Assembly (NCBI GenBank): GCA_021805735.1
Contig: JAJZEE010000002.1
Coordinates: 284-64,283, forward strand
DNA length: 64,000 nucleotides
From: Bacillota bacterium
Lineage (GTDB): Bacteria; Bacillota; Bacilli; Alicyclobacillales; SLC66
Reading direction: 5' to 3'
Positions 1 to 8,908 of this stretch are shown piece by piece. A program made the translations under genes and the position numbers. Positions within the stretch are counted from its first letter, which is position 1; every line of letters starts with the position of its first letter. The notes under the pieces were generated by a model that was not told where the DNA came from, did not search any database, and worked only from the letters and a program-made list of their open reading frames with translations.

Positions 1-1364
1 GTGCGGTCAGCATTTACCGAGTTGCGCGCCAGCATGAGATATTCGGAAATTAAGCTGTCGACTCGATCAATTTCTTCGATCATAATTTGAAAGTAATCTC
101 TACCCTCCGATGGTGGATTGCGTTTCTTCTGTAATTGGAGGAAGCCGCGAACCGTAGTCAGGGGATTGCGGATTTCGTGGGCAGTCGATGCAGCCAATTC
201 TGCGATCAGGTTGAGCCCGTCCGTCCGGGTGGTGTAAGATTCCCATTGCTTGCGGGTAGTAATATCATCGGCAAAGAGGGCAAATCCGGTTATCGCCCCC
301 GAGGTGGGGATATACGTTGGGAAGACGGCGATCTGCACATACCGCAACTCTCTTGAGACAGCGTGGGTGAGCGCCATTTCCATGTTGCGCACCGCAACGC
401 CGCGGTCTAGCTGGAGACTTACATTATCGATCAGTTTCTGGTCAATGCCAAGGGACTTTCCGATATCAGCGATTGGCTGATCACACACCTCTTTCGCCAA
501 CAAGCCGCACATCTTGCTGAATGCTTCATTTACACTCTTGCAACGGCCGCTTCGAGAGACATGGATGATTGCCAGAGGAGCGTTATCGATCACGCCCTTT
601 AGCAGGGCCTCCTGTTGAGACAGTCGAAACCGCATGTCGAGAATCACGTTTGAGAGCCGATCCAGCAAGTACAGAGATTGCGGTCGAGTAGCAGTAGGAT
701 CAATGGTTAGGGCATTGACCCAGTTGGCTACGGTGGACGGTTCCCGGCGCATACGATAGAGAAGGCGCCCGATGACCAGACCCGCGCCGATGGTGACCAC
801 GCAAACGAGGAGAGCCATGATAATTTGATGCGTCAAGACTTGATTGAGTTCGTCGGAGATCATTTGAGTAGTTGTCGCAACATAGATGGCCCCTACATAG
901 CGCCGCTGCAGTTTGATCGGAAAGACTGCCTCGTAAATGGGGGTGTGAAGCGAAGAGCTATAGTACTGTTCACTGAGAGTTGCGTCGTGACTGGAATTAA
1001 GCCACAGAGGTCTGATATCGTGAATCAATACTCCCGGTTGGGAAGCAACTGCGAGCACTGTCTGAGAGTGCATTCCGATGGCGCCGATCTGTAAGATAGG
1101 AAGTCCGGATTGCTCCATAATGTATAATGATCTATGCAGTCGCTTTCTTAACTTTGCGATTAGCAAGGGCGCTGGATGCGCGCGTTCGAGGGCAGGTGTA
1201 ATTTTCCTCACAATTTGCAACGCCGAAGCTCCCAACGCGATGTTATAGTTATGTTCTACGATATTTCCTGTTTCCGTGTAACGATCGAACACCAGGGCGC
1301 CGAGCAGGGTCGCTGCCAATACCACGACAGATGAAATCAAAAAGAGGCTGGTTCGCGGACGCAA
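1..1364 (-). CDS. PAS-type sensor histidine kinase, 3' end cut by window edge
   Basis: Absent from the ORF track because there is no stop in the window. The reverse frame is open from TTG at 1364 (GGAGG 8 nt upstream) to position 1. It has two hydrophobic segments, a PAS-like stretch (LLKGVIDNAPLAIIHVSRSG), and the HisKA H-box STAHEIRNPLTTVRGFLQL encoded around 130-190. Confidence 0.8.
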   Translation of the reverse strand, partial: MRPRTSLFLISSVVVLAATLLGALVFDRYTETGNIVEHNYNIALGASALQIVRKITPALERAHPAPLLIAKLRKRLHRSLYIMEQSGLPILQIGAIGMHSQTVLAVASQPGVLIHDIRPLWLNSSHDATLSEQYYSSSLHTPIYEAVFPIKLQRRYVGAIYVATTTQMISDELNQVLTHQIIMALLVCVVTIGAGLVIGRLLYRMRREPSTVANWVNALTIDPTATRPQSLYLLDRLSNVILDMRFRLSQQEALLKGVIDNAPLAIIHVSRSGRCKSVNEAFSKMCGLLAKEVCDQPIADIGKSLGIDQKLIDNVSLQLDRGVAVRNMEMALTHAVSRELRYVQIAVFPTYIPTSGAITGFALFADDITTRKQWESYTTRTDGLNLIAELAASTAHEIRNPLTTVRGFLQLQKKRNPPSEGRDYFQIMIEEIDRVDSLISEYLMLARNSVNADR

Positions 1365-1436
1365 ATATATTACCTCCCTGCTGCTTCATAGTCATTCTCT
1401 TATTATACTTGAATTATAAAAGTTACAAATCTACCA

Positions 1437-2384
1437 ATGTGGGGCGCTGGAACGAAGCAGATCAGGAAACAGGTGATGCTGATGAGACGTGTGACAGGAT
1501 CGGATTTTGTCTATGGAGTATGGTTTTTTGCGTTGCTGTGTATAACCGTGCTGACGCCCCTCGGGGGTATCGCAGCTCTCTTGCTGCCAATTCCGTTGAC
1601 GCTGCTTGTAGCGCGAGGGCAGTGGAGAAGGGCCGGCTATTATGTTGGAGCGGCTCTACTCATACTATCTGTCTTGGGTTCCATCGCGTCCGCTTTGCTC
1701 ATTCTCCTGTTTGTGAGCCTGTTTGCCTATGTACTGGGGGTGGGATTTCAGAGAAATCAGGTAAAGCGGGCCCTTGTCAACGCAACTCTTGTTGCCATTG
1801 CCTTCTTTATCGCGGGATTGGCTCTCATGCGGTGGTCGGGTATAGCGATCTTACCACTGATAATGGCTGAAGTAAAAAAAACATTGGCGGCGGATCCCCA
1901 GATAACGCTGCTGGGCGGACAGTCTCTCGGTAAGGCTGTGCAGGCGCTTCAATCTCAGGTGGAACTCTACTTTCCAGGATTCATCGTCATCATGGGTGGA
2001 GTTGGTACGCTCGTAAACGCGGCTCTTACGCGAGTGTTACTGAAAAAAAGCGACAGTGGCTACGAACCGGTGTTTAGCCGTCTCCAGTTTCCGACGATAG
2101 TCGTGGGGATCTATTTTTTTTGCTTTGTGTTGCTGATTGCAGGCAGTGGTCAAGGTTCGTTGTTTGCATCTCTGGTCAGTAATGTGTTTCTGATAGCCAG
2201 TTTTCTGATGACCATACAGGCTCTCTCGTTATTGTGGTTCTTTTTGGGAAAGCGACCGTTTGGCGTGTGGATCATGCTGCTCGCCGTGATGCTGGCGCTC
2301 GTATCAGTCATCGGAATTTTATACTTATTGTTGGGGGTCATGGACGTCATCGTAGATTTCCGGGCAAGAGCCAGGAAAAACTGA
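1437..2384 (+). CDS. YybS-like (DUF2232) polytopic membrane protein
   Basis: 315-aa ORF, hydrophobic throughout. Its position just upstream of rplI-dnaB matches B. subtilis yybS. The true start may be an internal Met (MLMRR). Confidence 0.6.
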   Translation: MWGAGTKQIRKQVMLMRRVTGSDFVYGVWFFALLCITVLTPLGGIAALLLPIPLTLLVARGQWRRAGYYVGAALLILSVLGSIASALLILLFVSLFAYVLGVGFQRNQVKRALVNATLVAIAFFIAGLALMRWSGIAILPLIMAEVKKTLAADPQITLLGGQSLGKAVQALQSQVELYFPGFIVIMGGVGTLVNAALTRVLLKKSDSGYEPVFSRLQFPTIVVGIYFFCFVLLIAGSGQGSLFASLVSNVFLIASFLMTIQALSLLWFFLGKRPFGVWIMLLAVMLALVSVIGILYLLLGVMDVIVDFRARARKN

Positions 2385-2448
2385 CATTTGCGATAGTCCT
2401 TCATGCCGCTTCACAGATCCATTAGTGGGATGAAAATGACTATCCACA

Positions 2449-2539
2449 CCAGGAGGGATCATGCATTGTACTGCAGCGAGTTTTACGGCCTGTGAGCCGT
2501 ACCTGTTTGAGCGGCAGTACAATGCATGATCCCTCCTGG
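2449..2539. repeat. Perfect 26-bp inverted repeat (hairpin, 39-nt loop)
   Basis: ccaggagggatcatgcattgtactgc at 2449-2474 is the exact reverse complement of 2514-2539. It lies between yybS-like and rplI. Confidence 0.9.
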
Positions 2540-2596
2540 CCTGGCAGGCATGACCGTATTACGGGAAAACCGAGCCAGCCCATCAGGCGAGTCTCA

Positions 2597-2624
2597 TTGT
2601 AAATGCCGTGAAGAGCCCTATAAT
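2597..2624 (+). promoter_or_regulatory. Putative sigmaA-type promoter for rplI-dnaB
   Basis: TTGTAA, a 16-nt spacer, then TATAAT, about 50 nt upstream of rplI. Confidence 0.45.
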
Positions 2625-2676
2625 TAACGTGTGGAACGATGTTTTATGAATCTGTCGATAGATAGGGAGGATGGTC

Positions 2677-3120
2677 ATGAAAGTCGTATTTATGCAGGAT
2701 GTTGCGGATCAGGGGAAAAAAGGCGAGGTAAAGAATGTATCGGAAGGATATGCCCGTAATTTTCTATTTCCTCGTCAACTCGCGAAACCAGCCACTCCCG
2801 AGGTGCTAAAGGAACTGGCAGACCAGCGTGCGGCAGAACAGAAGCGTGAAGCGCAGCATGTGACCGTCGCCAGGGAGGTTGCCGCCAAACTGGACGAGTT
2901 TACTCTTCAATTGCATGTCAAGGTTGGGGAAGGCGGACGCCTGTTTGGCGCCATCACGTCCAAGCAGATCGCGGAAGGTCTGCATGCTGCAGGTTTTTCC
3001 ATCGAGAAAAAGAAAATCGTTTTGAATGACGCGATCCGCACTCTCGGAACGACCATCGTACCTATCAAGCTTTATCACGACGTCACCGCGCATTTGCGCG
3101 TTCAAGTACAGCCGCAATAG
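2677..3120 (+). CDS. rplI: 50S ribosomal protein L9
   Basis: [36 protein letters not shown] is a typical L9 N-terminus. ATG 2677 lies 6 nt after GGGAGG; the track start at 2671 abuts the RBS. Confidence 0.95.
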   Translation: MKVVFMQDVADQGKKGEVKNVSEGYARNFLFPRQLAKPATPEVLKELADQRAAEQKREAQHVTVAREVAAKLDEFTLQLHVKVGEGGRLFGAITSKQIAEGLHAAGFSIEKKKIVLNDAIRTLGTTIVPIKLYHDVTAHLRVQVQPQ

Positions 3121-3161
3121 TTGCTCGGAGAGTTGGATCGTTAAGTGGAGGTGTCCTCTGG

Positions 3162-4499
3162 ATGACAGATCCAACATTGGATCGACTGCCTCCGCAGAAT
3201 GTCGAGGCGGAACAGGCAGTGCTTGGAGCGATTCTCATAGCTCCAGATGTACTTGTCACTCTTGCGGAACGGTTGCGTCCAGACGATTTTTATCGTCACG
3301 CTCATCGGCTGCTGTATGAGGCTGCGCTGGAGATCGCCGAACGCGGAGAGCCTGTTGACATTGTTACACTTACAGCCAAGATGCAGACGCAGGGTAAGCT
3401 TGAGGAAAGCGGCGGGGTGGAATATATCATCGGGCTCGCCCGTGCCGTGCCCACGGCAGCCAATGCCGAATATCACGCGGAGATCGTGACGGACCGCGCG
3501 ATGCTGCGACGGCTCATTGGAGTGTCCACGGAGATTGCCGCCACCAGCTACGCGGGCACCGAAAGCGTGAGCGACCTCTTGGATCAGGCGGAAAGGCGTA
3601 TTCTCGCGCTCGCGCAGACCCGCAATGACCGCGGATTCACTCCCATTAAAGATGTGCTGCTCAGCGCCTATGAGCGCATAGAGTTTCTGTATCACCATAA
3701 AGGCGGATTGACGGGTGTCTCGTCGGGATATCCGGAACTCGATCGAATGACTTCCGGATTTCAGAAATCCGATCTCATTATTCTTGCGGCGCGACCTTCT
3801 GTAGGAAAAACTGCCTTTGCCCTGAATATTGCCCAAAACGTAGCTGTCCGCGCGCACCAGACGGTGGCCATCTTCAGCCTGGAGATGTCAAAAGAGCAAT
3901 TGGTTCAGCGGATGATCTGCGCAGAGGCCAATATTGACGCATCGGTGCTGCGCAGCGGACAATTGGCCGATGAGGATTGGACGAAGCTTTCGATGGGCAT
4001 CGCATCTCTGTCGGAGGCTCCGTTGTACATCGATGACAGCCCGGGCATTACCTTGGCGGAGATGCGATCCCGTCTGAGAAGATTGCAATTGGAACATGGG
4101 CTAGGACTAGTGGTGGTGGATTATTTGCAACTGATTCACGGCAAAGGCAAAGCGGACAACAGGCAACAGGAGATTTCGGAGATATCGCGGTCTCTCAAAG
4201 GGTTGGCTCGTGAACTGGACGTGCCTGTCGTTGCGCTCTCACAGTTGAGCCGCTCGGTGGAGCAGCGCCAGGATAAGCGACCGATGCTGTCTGACATCCG
4301 GGAATCTGGAAGCATCGAGCAGGATGCGGATGTCGTAGGCTTTCTATATAGAGACGATTATTATGATCCGGAGTCCGAAAAGAAGAATATCGTTGAAGTG
4401 ATCATCGGAAAGCAAAGAAATGGTCCGACGGGGAAGGTAGAACTCGTATTTCTCAAGAATTACAACAAATTCGTCTCCCTTCAGACAACAGCGCGGTGA
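3162..4499 (+). CDS. dnaB: Replicative DNA helicase (DnaB family; dnaC in B. subtilis nomenclature)
   Basis: 445 aa. Contains LPPQNVEAEQAVLGAIL, Walker A ARPSVGKTAF, and SGSIEQDADVV. Synteny with rplI supports the call. Confidence 0.95.
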   Translation: MTDPTLDRLPPQNVEAEQAVLGAILIAPDVLVTLAERLRPDDFYRHAHRLLYEAALEIAERGEPVDIVTLTAKMQTQGKLEESGGVEYIIGLARAVPTAANAEYHAEIVTDRAMLRRLIGVSTEIAATSYAGTESVSDLLDQAERRILALAQTRNDRGFTPIKDVLLSAYERIEFLYHHKGGLTGVSSGYPELDRMTSGFQKSDLIILAARPSVGKTAFALNIAQNVAVRAHQTVAIFSLEMSKEQLVQRMICAEANIDASVLRSGQLADEDWTKLSMGIASLSEAPLYIDDSPGITLAEMRSRLRRLQLEHGLGLVVVDYLQLIHGKGKADNRQQEISEISRSLKGLARELDVPVVALSQLSRSVEQRQDKRPMLSDIRESGSIEQDADVVGFLYRDDYYDPESEKKNIVEVIIGKQRNGPTGKVELVFLKNYNKFVSLQTTAR

Positions 4500-5077
4500 C
4501 AATCATGATGGACCAATCAACAGACATCGGGATATCGATCAATGATGGACAAAATTCGACTGACTCGGCGCTTGCGCCACGCCGGGTCACGCATCCAAAA
4601 GAGCGAATCACGATCGCATGGCTGATCAAGAAAACGGTCTCCCCGTTACAGCCAGTTCCGCGTCCTGACCGAAAAGTCTCGCCTGTGCCCAGGCATCCGG
4701 AACAAATCGTGGCCACTACCCGCTATGGCGCCAGACGGCGCGCCAAACGCCTGCGCATGGCATTTCGTCTCCGAGTTATAAAGATCACTAAACGCATTGG
4801 ATATTCGTGTCTTGTTGCGATTCTTGTGATGATGTTCTCATTTTGGGCCAAATTCGCCGTGGTCTACAACATTCCAACAGATCTGCAGACAGGTCCGTTG
4901 CAACATGTGCAGGGGTATATCGTCTTTAAATCGTGGTGGTTCGGACCGCCTGTGTTTAATCTGAGAGAATATACGAACATTGACCCATTAAACCCTGATG
5001 CATCTCTTGCCACGGATTTGCAAAATTATCGGGATATCATAACAAATCCGAGTGAAATTGTGTGGACTTGGTCCTGA
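4496..5077 (+). CDS. Hypothetical membrane-anchored protein
   Basis: 193-aa ORF with an ATGA overlap with the dnaB stop. One TM segment (IGYSCLVAILVMMFSFW). No family recognised. Confidence 0.45.
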   Translation: MTIMMDQSTDIGISINDGQNSTDSALAPRRVTHPKERITIAWLIKKTVSPLQPVPRPDRKVSPVPRHPEQIVATTRYGARRRAKRLRMAFRLRVIKITKRIGYSCLVAILVMMFSFWAKFAVVYNIPTDLQTGPLQHVQGYIVFKSWWFGPPVFNLREYTNIDPLNPDASLATDLQNYRDIITNPSEIVWTWS

Positions 5078-5128
5078 TGAGGCACGAACAATACCCGGGT
5101 TTCGACCATCATCGTTCGTATATGTACA

Positions 5129-5157
5129 TTGACAGACGCGATGGTCGTTGTTACACT
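5129..5157 (+). promoter_or_regulatory. Putative sigmaA-type promoter for purA
   Basis: TTGACA, a 17-nt spacer, then TACACT, about 65 nt upstream of the purA ATG. Confidence 0.5.
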
Positions 5158-5221
5158 CAGATGGGGTTTTTGCTAAGGATAGCACCTGGGCATACGGTTG
5201 ATCCCATAGGAGAGATGCGGC

Positions 5222-6520
5222 ATGGCGACAGTGGTCGTTATCGGAACGCAATGGGGCGATGAAGGCAAGGGCAAGGTGACTGATTATCTGGCTGAAAAAG
5301 CTACGGTCGTAGCGCGCTATCAGGGAGGCAATAACGCTGGTCACCAGATTCGCCTGGCAGGGAAGAAATTTGACCTGCATCTCCTGCCATCCGGCATTCT
5401 CTACAGCGATAAGCTGTGTGTACTCGGCAATGGAATGGTTATCGATCCATGTGCGCTGCTGGACGAGATGCGCGAAATTGGCGATCTAGGCATATCGATG
5501 GCCAGACTGGCCATCAGCGATCGGGCCCATCTGGTATTGCCTTATCACGTGCGTCTCGATGAACTGGAAGAGGAGCGCAAAGGCGTTAGCAAGATTGGCA
5601 CGACCCGCAAGGGGATCGGTCCGGCTTATATGGACAAAGCAGCGCGCATCGGCATTCGTATGGGCGACCTACTGGAACCCGAGGTATTTAGATCTAAACT
5701 GGAAGAAAATTTGATCGAGAAAAATCGTCTATTCGAGAGATATTACGAGGTGTCGGGTTATTCAGTAGAAGAGATTGCCAAAGAATACTTGCGATATGGG
5801 GAAGCCTTGCGTTCCCATGTCGTTGACACATCGGTCGTGCTCGATGAGTGTTTTACGCGCGGAGACGACGTGTTGTTTGAGGGAGCGCAGGCTACCATGC
5901 TGGACCTGGACCATGGCACGTATCCCTATGTGACTGCTTCCAACCCTGTCGCTGGTGGAGTCTGCATCGGATCGGGCGTTGGTCCCACCAAGATTGACAA
6001 GGTCGTTGGAGTTGTTAAGGCCTATACGACCCGCGTCGGCGAGGGACCCTTTGTCACGGAACTGAACAACAGTCTGGGCGAGCATATTCGAGAGAAGGGT
6101 CACGAATACGGCGTGACCACAGGGCGCCCGCGCCGTGTAGGCTGGTTTGACAGTGTCGTCACAAAACACGCGCGCCGTGTGAGCGGCCTGGATGGCATTG
6201 CGGTGACGAAGATGGACATCTTGACCGGACTTGAGGAATTGAAAATCTGTGTCGCTTATCGTCTCGACGATCGGGAGATCAGTCACATACCAGCCTCTCT
6301 TTCGCAGTTGCAGCGGTGCGAGCCAGTATACGAGACCTTGCCTGGGTGGCGCGAGGATATCAGCAATGTGAGGTCGTTCAGCGAGTTGCCGATCACGGCG
6401 CAGGCCTACTTGAGACGGATCGAAGAACTTACGGGAGCGCAGTTGCTGCTCTTTGGAACTGGTGCGGATCGCACCCAGATTGTCGAGATGGAAGCGGTGT
6501 TTGGTTCCTTGCCGCAATAG
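5222..6520 (+). CDS. purA: Adenylosuccinate synthetase
   Basis: 432 aa. Contains [18 protein letters not shown], and [10 protein letters not shown]. Confidence 0.97.
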   Translation: MATVVVIGTQWGDEGKGKVTDYLAEKATVVARYQGGNNAGHQIRLAGKKFDLHLLPSGILYSDKLCVLGNGMVIDPCALLDEMREIGDLGISMARLAISDRAHLVLPYHVRLDELEEERKGVSKIGTTRKGIGPAYMDKAARIGIRMGDLLEPEVFRSKLEENLIEKNRLFERYYEVSGYSVEEIAKEYLRYGEALRSHVVDTSVVLDECFTRGDDVLFEGAQATMLDLDHGTYPYVTASNPVAGGVCIGSGVGPTKIDKVVGVVKAYTTRVGEGPFVTELNNSLGEHIREKGHEYGVTTGRPRRVGWFDSVVTKHARRVSGLDGIAVTKMDILTGLEELKICVAYRLDDREISHIPASLSQLQRCEPVYETLPGWREDISNVRSFSELPITAQAYLRRIEELTGAQLLLFGTGADRTQIVEMEAVFGSLPQ

Positions 6521-6718
6521 ACAAGTCGCCTGGGCACACGGGCTTCAAGTGTTATGCCAAAGGTTTCCTTAAGCCCTTTGGATGTGTCCGCAGCGGCGGC
6601 GTATCCGAGGTGCAGGAGTGTTCGTCGTTCCTCTACGGGTTGTGAGCTGCTGTTAGTATGTTAGTCAGTGACTTGCGAAACGCGCGTGAGCGTGCTATAT
6701 TGTCTCTCGTGCAGTTTT

Positions 6719-6794
6719 GAGCCATTAGCTCAGTTGGTAGAGCACCTGACTTTTAATCAGGGTGTCGATGGTTCGAGTCCATCATGGCTCACCA
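6719..6794 (+). tRNA. tRNA-Lys (anticodon UUU), CCA encoded
   Basis: 76-nt cloverleaf. Acceptor GAGCCAT/ATGGCTC, anticodon loop CTTTTAA, T-arm GATGG-TTCGAGT-CCATC. Confidence 0.93.
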
Positions 6795-6831
6795 AAAAAA
6801 TCCTACAACGGCGCGGATTGTCGCGCTGGGA

Positions 6832-6856
6832 CGGCCTGGGAACAGGCCGTTTTTTG
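6832..6856 (+). terminator. Rho-independent terminator after tRNA-Lys
   Basis: CGGCCTG-GGAA-CAGGCCG followed by TTTTTT. Confidence 0.7.
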
Positions 6857-6860
6857 CGTT

Positions 6861-6881
6861 TTGGTGCAACTTTGGTGCAAC
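6861..6881 (+). repeat. Tandem 10-mer TTGGTGCAAC x2 (11-bp period)
   Basis: Exact copies at 6861-6870 and 6872-6881, at the left end of the tRNA-Lys islet. Confidence 0.8.
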
Positions 6882-7285
6882 TGCAATGGCAGTGAATGAA
6901 AGTACGGGCGGTGAATTTGTGGGAGTGGTGAAGAGCAGGGCCGAGGGTGATCTATTGCAAGGTAGGATAAGTTCTGTCGGTTCCAAATTACGGTTTGTGT
7001 ATTTCAAGGGTTATGTTCACGTCCAAATAGGGAAGTGTGACGCTTCGAAGGATCGGTGATTCGACACGGAGAAAATCAAGCGGACCTACTCGGCGCACAA
7101 GATTATGCTGAAAGGGGAATCCACGAGGAAGCTGCAAAGTTTGCAGGGAGACGAGAAAACTGGTAAATAGACAGTAACGCAACGGACGGTACCACACCTG
7201 TCCAAGACCTACCGGAACGGCTGTCCAAGAGTTATTGGATTGGGTGTCCTAGTTGGCCGGAATACGCAAATTGCTTATCCAAGAT

Positions 7286-7636
7286 TCATATCGGTGTGCG
7301 TGCATTGAGAATCGCGTAAATGTCGTCAGACTGGCCAGGCTTACGCTTGCCAGCCCCCAGCACAAAGAGTGTATCGGTTATTGCTTCGTATCGGTAAATC
7401 AACCGATAGTCTGCTCTCATCTCATGTGGCGGCCTGCGAACGGCATGGAACTTCTTTTTTCGATACACGGCCAGAGACATCTTAAGCGGAGCACCATCTG
7501 CTGGATCGAATTTGATTTCGAGAATGGCCTTATCGAAGCAGTACAAAAATTCGGCCAGTCGCTCCGCGCTGTCAAGCTCCTTCTCAATCCGAGGTAAGTC
7601 CACAGCAAAGAATTCGGGATGATGGATCCGTCTCAT
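7286..7636 (-). CDS. RelE/ParE-superfamily type II toxin
   Basis: 116 aa. The C-terminal pattern ADYRLIYRYEAITDTLFVLGAGKRK...DIY is typical of RelE/ParE. A 4-nt overlap with the upstream antitoxin ORF supports the pairing. Confidence 0.7.
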   Translation of the reverse strand: MRRIHHPEFFAVDLPRIEKELDSAERLAEFLYCFDKAILEIKFDPADGAPLKMSLAVYRKKKFHAVRRPPHEMRADYRLIYRYEAITDTLFVLGAGKRKPGQSDDIYAILNARTPI

Positions 7637-7965
7637 TCTTTGCCGCCATTTTGCTGGCGATGACGATACATCTCCAAAGTAGACATTCCTTCCGGCTGCT
7701 CGATCCAGTGTTCGGCAGGTGTATTGGTTCGATGTCCAAACTCGCGTTCCAATTCAATGTTCTCCAGTTCCTCTTCCACCGCTTCCAAACGTTCGACCAG
7801 CTCTTTGTATCGCTGATACTGCATCACGACAACTGACAATCCATTATTTGAGAAATACACTCCGAGTTTCTCATGCACTTCGAGGGTCTTTTGCAATTCC
7901 CTTTGAGACAGTGAACGCAATTGATTTGCCTGGATAATTTCCTCGGGGGAAAATGTCGTGGTCAT
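7633..7965 (-). CDS. Phd/YefM-like antitoxin
   Basis: Start set at ATG 7965 (MTTTF), 7 nt after AAGGGAGG. The pattern GLSVVVMQYQRYKELVERLEAVEEELE resembles Phd/YefM. The gene is coupled to the toxin ORF. Confidence 0.65.
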   Translation of the reverse strand: MTTTFSPEEIIQANQLRSLSQRELQKTLEVHEKLGVYFSNNGLSVVVMQYQRYKELVERLEAVEEELENIELEREFGHRTNTPAEHWIEQPEGMSTLEMYRHRQQNGGKE

Positions 7966-8233
7966 GATAGGGCCTCCCTTTTCGTTCGCGATATTCACCT
8001 CCCTGAATCATACTATGGTTTGGTCGAATTTTCGAGCACATTTTTGCGCATATTCTCTCTACATTTTTTATCGATATTCGTCTTCTTCCGTCACCGTACG
8101 ACTCCAGTGTAATGTCGAATGCGCGTGGAGCCAGGTAGAATGGTGTGATTTCCAGAGTCAGACTCGTTCACATATCGGCATTCCAGAATCGGCGCGTGAC
8201 AAGATATGAACTATCCGGGCTGTAAGTGTAAAT

Positions 8234-8572
8234 GTGGATACTCCTCATTCGTTTTTTCTTGGCGCCGGTGCGGACAGATGTATCTGGGAGTGGAAGCGAG
8301 AACTCTTCTTATCGCAGAATCCGGGAGTAGAAAGACAGTTCGAAAATCTTGACGTTCCCAGTGTTCGTCAACATATTCAGAGGTGGCTGGACATTCAAGG
8401 TACATTTCCCGCTGAAGGTAGTTCGGATGAATATGGGTTCTACATTGAACACTGTTACCCAATGACGGGTGAATTTCAATCCTTCTTAACGAATGTTGTA
8501 TTCGCGAACAATCGGAGTATGATGCGGCTGAATCACTTTCTTGACAACTCACTCCCGCGTCCTGTAGGATAG
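8234..8572 (+). pseudogene. N-terminal fragment resembling SIR2_2-type (defence-associated SIR2) proteins
   Basis: 112 aa: FFLGAGADRCIWEWKRELFLSQNPG...PSVRQHIQRWLDIQG...DEYGFYIEHCYP. This resembles the start of long SIR2-family proteins but lacks most of the protein. The ORF runs into the duplicated tRNA-Lys segment. Confidence 0.35.
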
Positions 8573-8580
8573 TCATCGCA

Positions 8581-8627
8581 GACTTTTAATCAGGGTGTCG
8601 CTGGTTCGAGTCCAGCATGGCTCACCA
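8581..8627 (+). repeat. Duplicated 3' half of tRNA-Lys (att-like direct repeat of 6748-6794)
   Basis: 45 of 47 nt are identical to 6748-6794. The two differences are a compensatory T-stem pair (GATGG/CCATC versus GCTGG/CCAGC). It ends 1 nt before tRNA-Glu. Confidence 0.9.
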
Positions 8628-8628
8628 T

Positions 8629-8703
8629 GGCCCCATGGTCAAGCGGTTAAGACACCGCCCTTTCACGGCGGGAACAGGGGTTCGAATCCCCTTGGGGTCA
8701 CCA
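8629..8703 (+). tRNA. tRNA-Glu (anticodon UUC), CCA encoded
   Basis: 75 nt. Acceptor GGCCCCA/TGGGGTC, anticodon loop CTTTCAC, T-loop TTCGAAT. Confidence 0.92.
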
Positions 8704-8832
8704 TCTTTTCGACAAAGGGGCGCGAGGATTTCAAGGAGCAGAACGAGTGATGGAAGGAACGTATGATGGTGCGTGACTGACAGAGCGAGTGAAGGCGATA
8801 CCAAAATCCGCCGCGCATCAGCAACTGAATAG

Positions 8833-8908
8833 GGGCGATTAGCTCAGTCGGGAGAGCACCTGCCTTACAAGCAGGGGGTCGGCGGTTCGAGCCCGTCATC
8901 GCCCACCA
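8833..8908 (+). tRNA. tRNA-Val (anticodon UAC), CCA encoded
   Basis: 76 nt. Acceptor GGGCGAT/ATCGCCC, anticodon loop CTTACAA, T-loop TTCGAGC. Confidence 0.92.

Noticed and set aside
3141-3857. A 238-aa minus-strand ORF antisense to dnaB. Similar antisense ORFs lie in purA (5762-6517), the yceI region (10198-10893) and the TetR/MFS junction (12821-13411).
   Set aside because: All overlap strongly supported genes on the other strand and lack motifs.
6857-7285. A search for an integrase gene or remnant at the left end of the tRNA-Lys islet (ORFs 6784-7059 and 6988-7197).
   Set aside because: The translations show no tyrosine-recombinase motifs (R..HxxR..Y region) in any frame. They are treated as non-coding.
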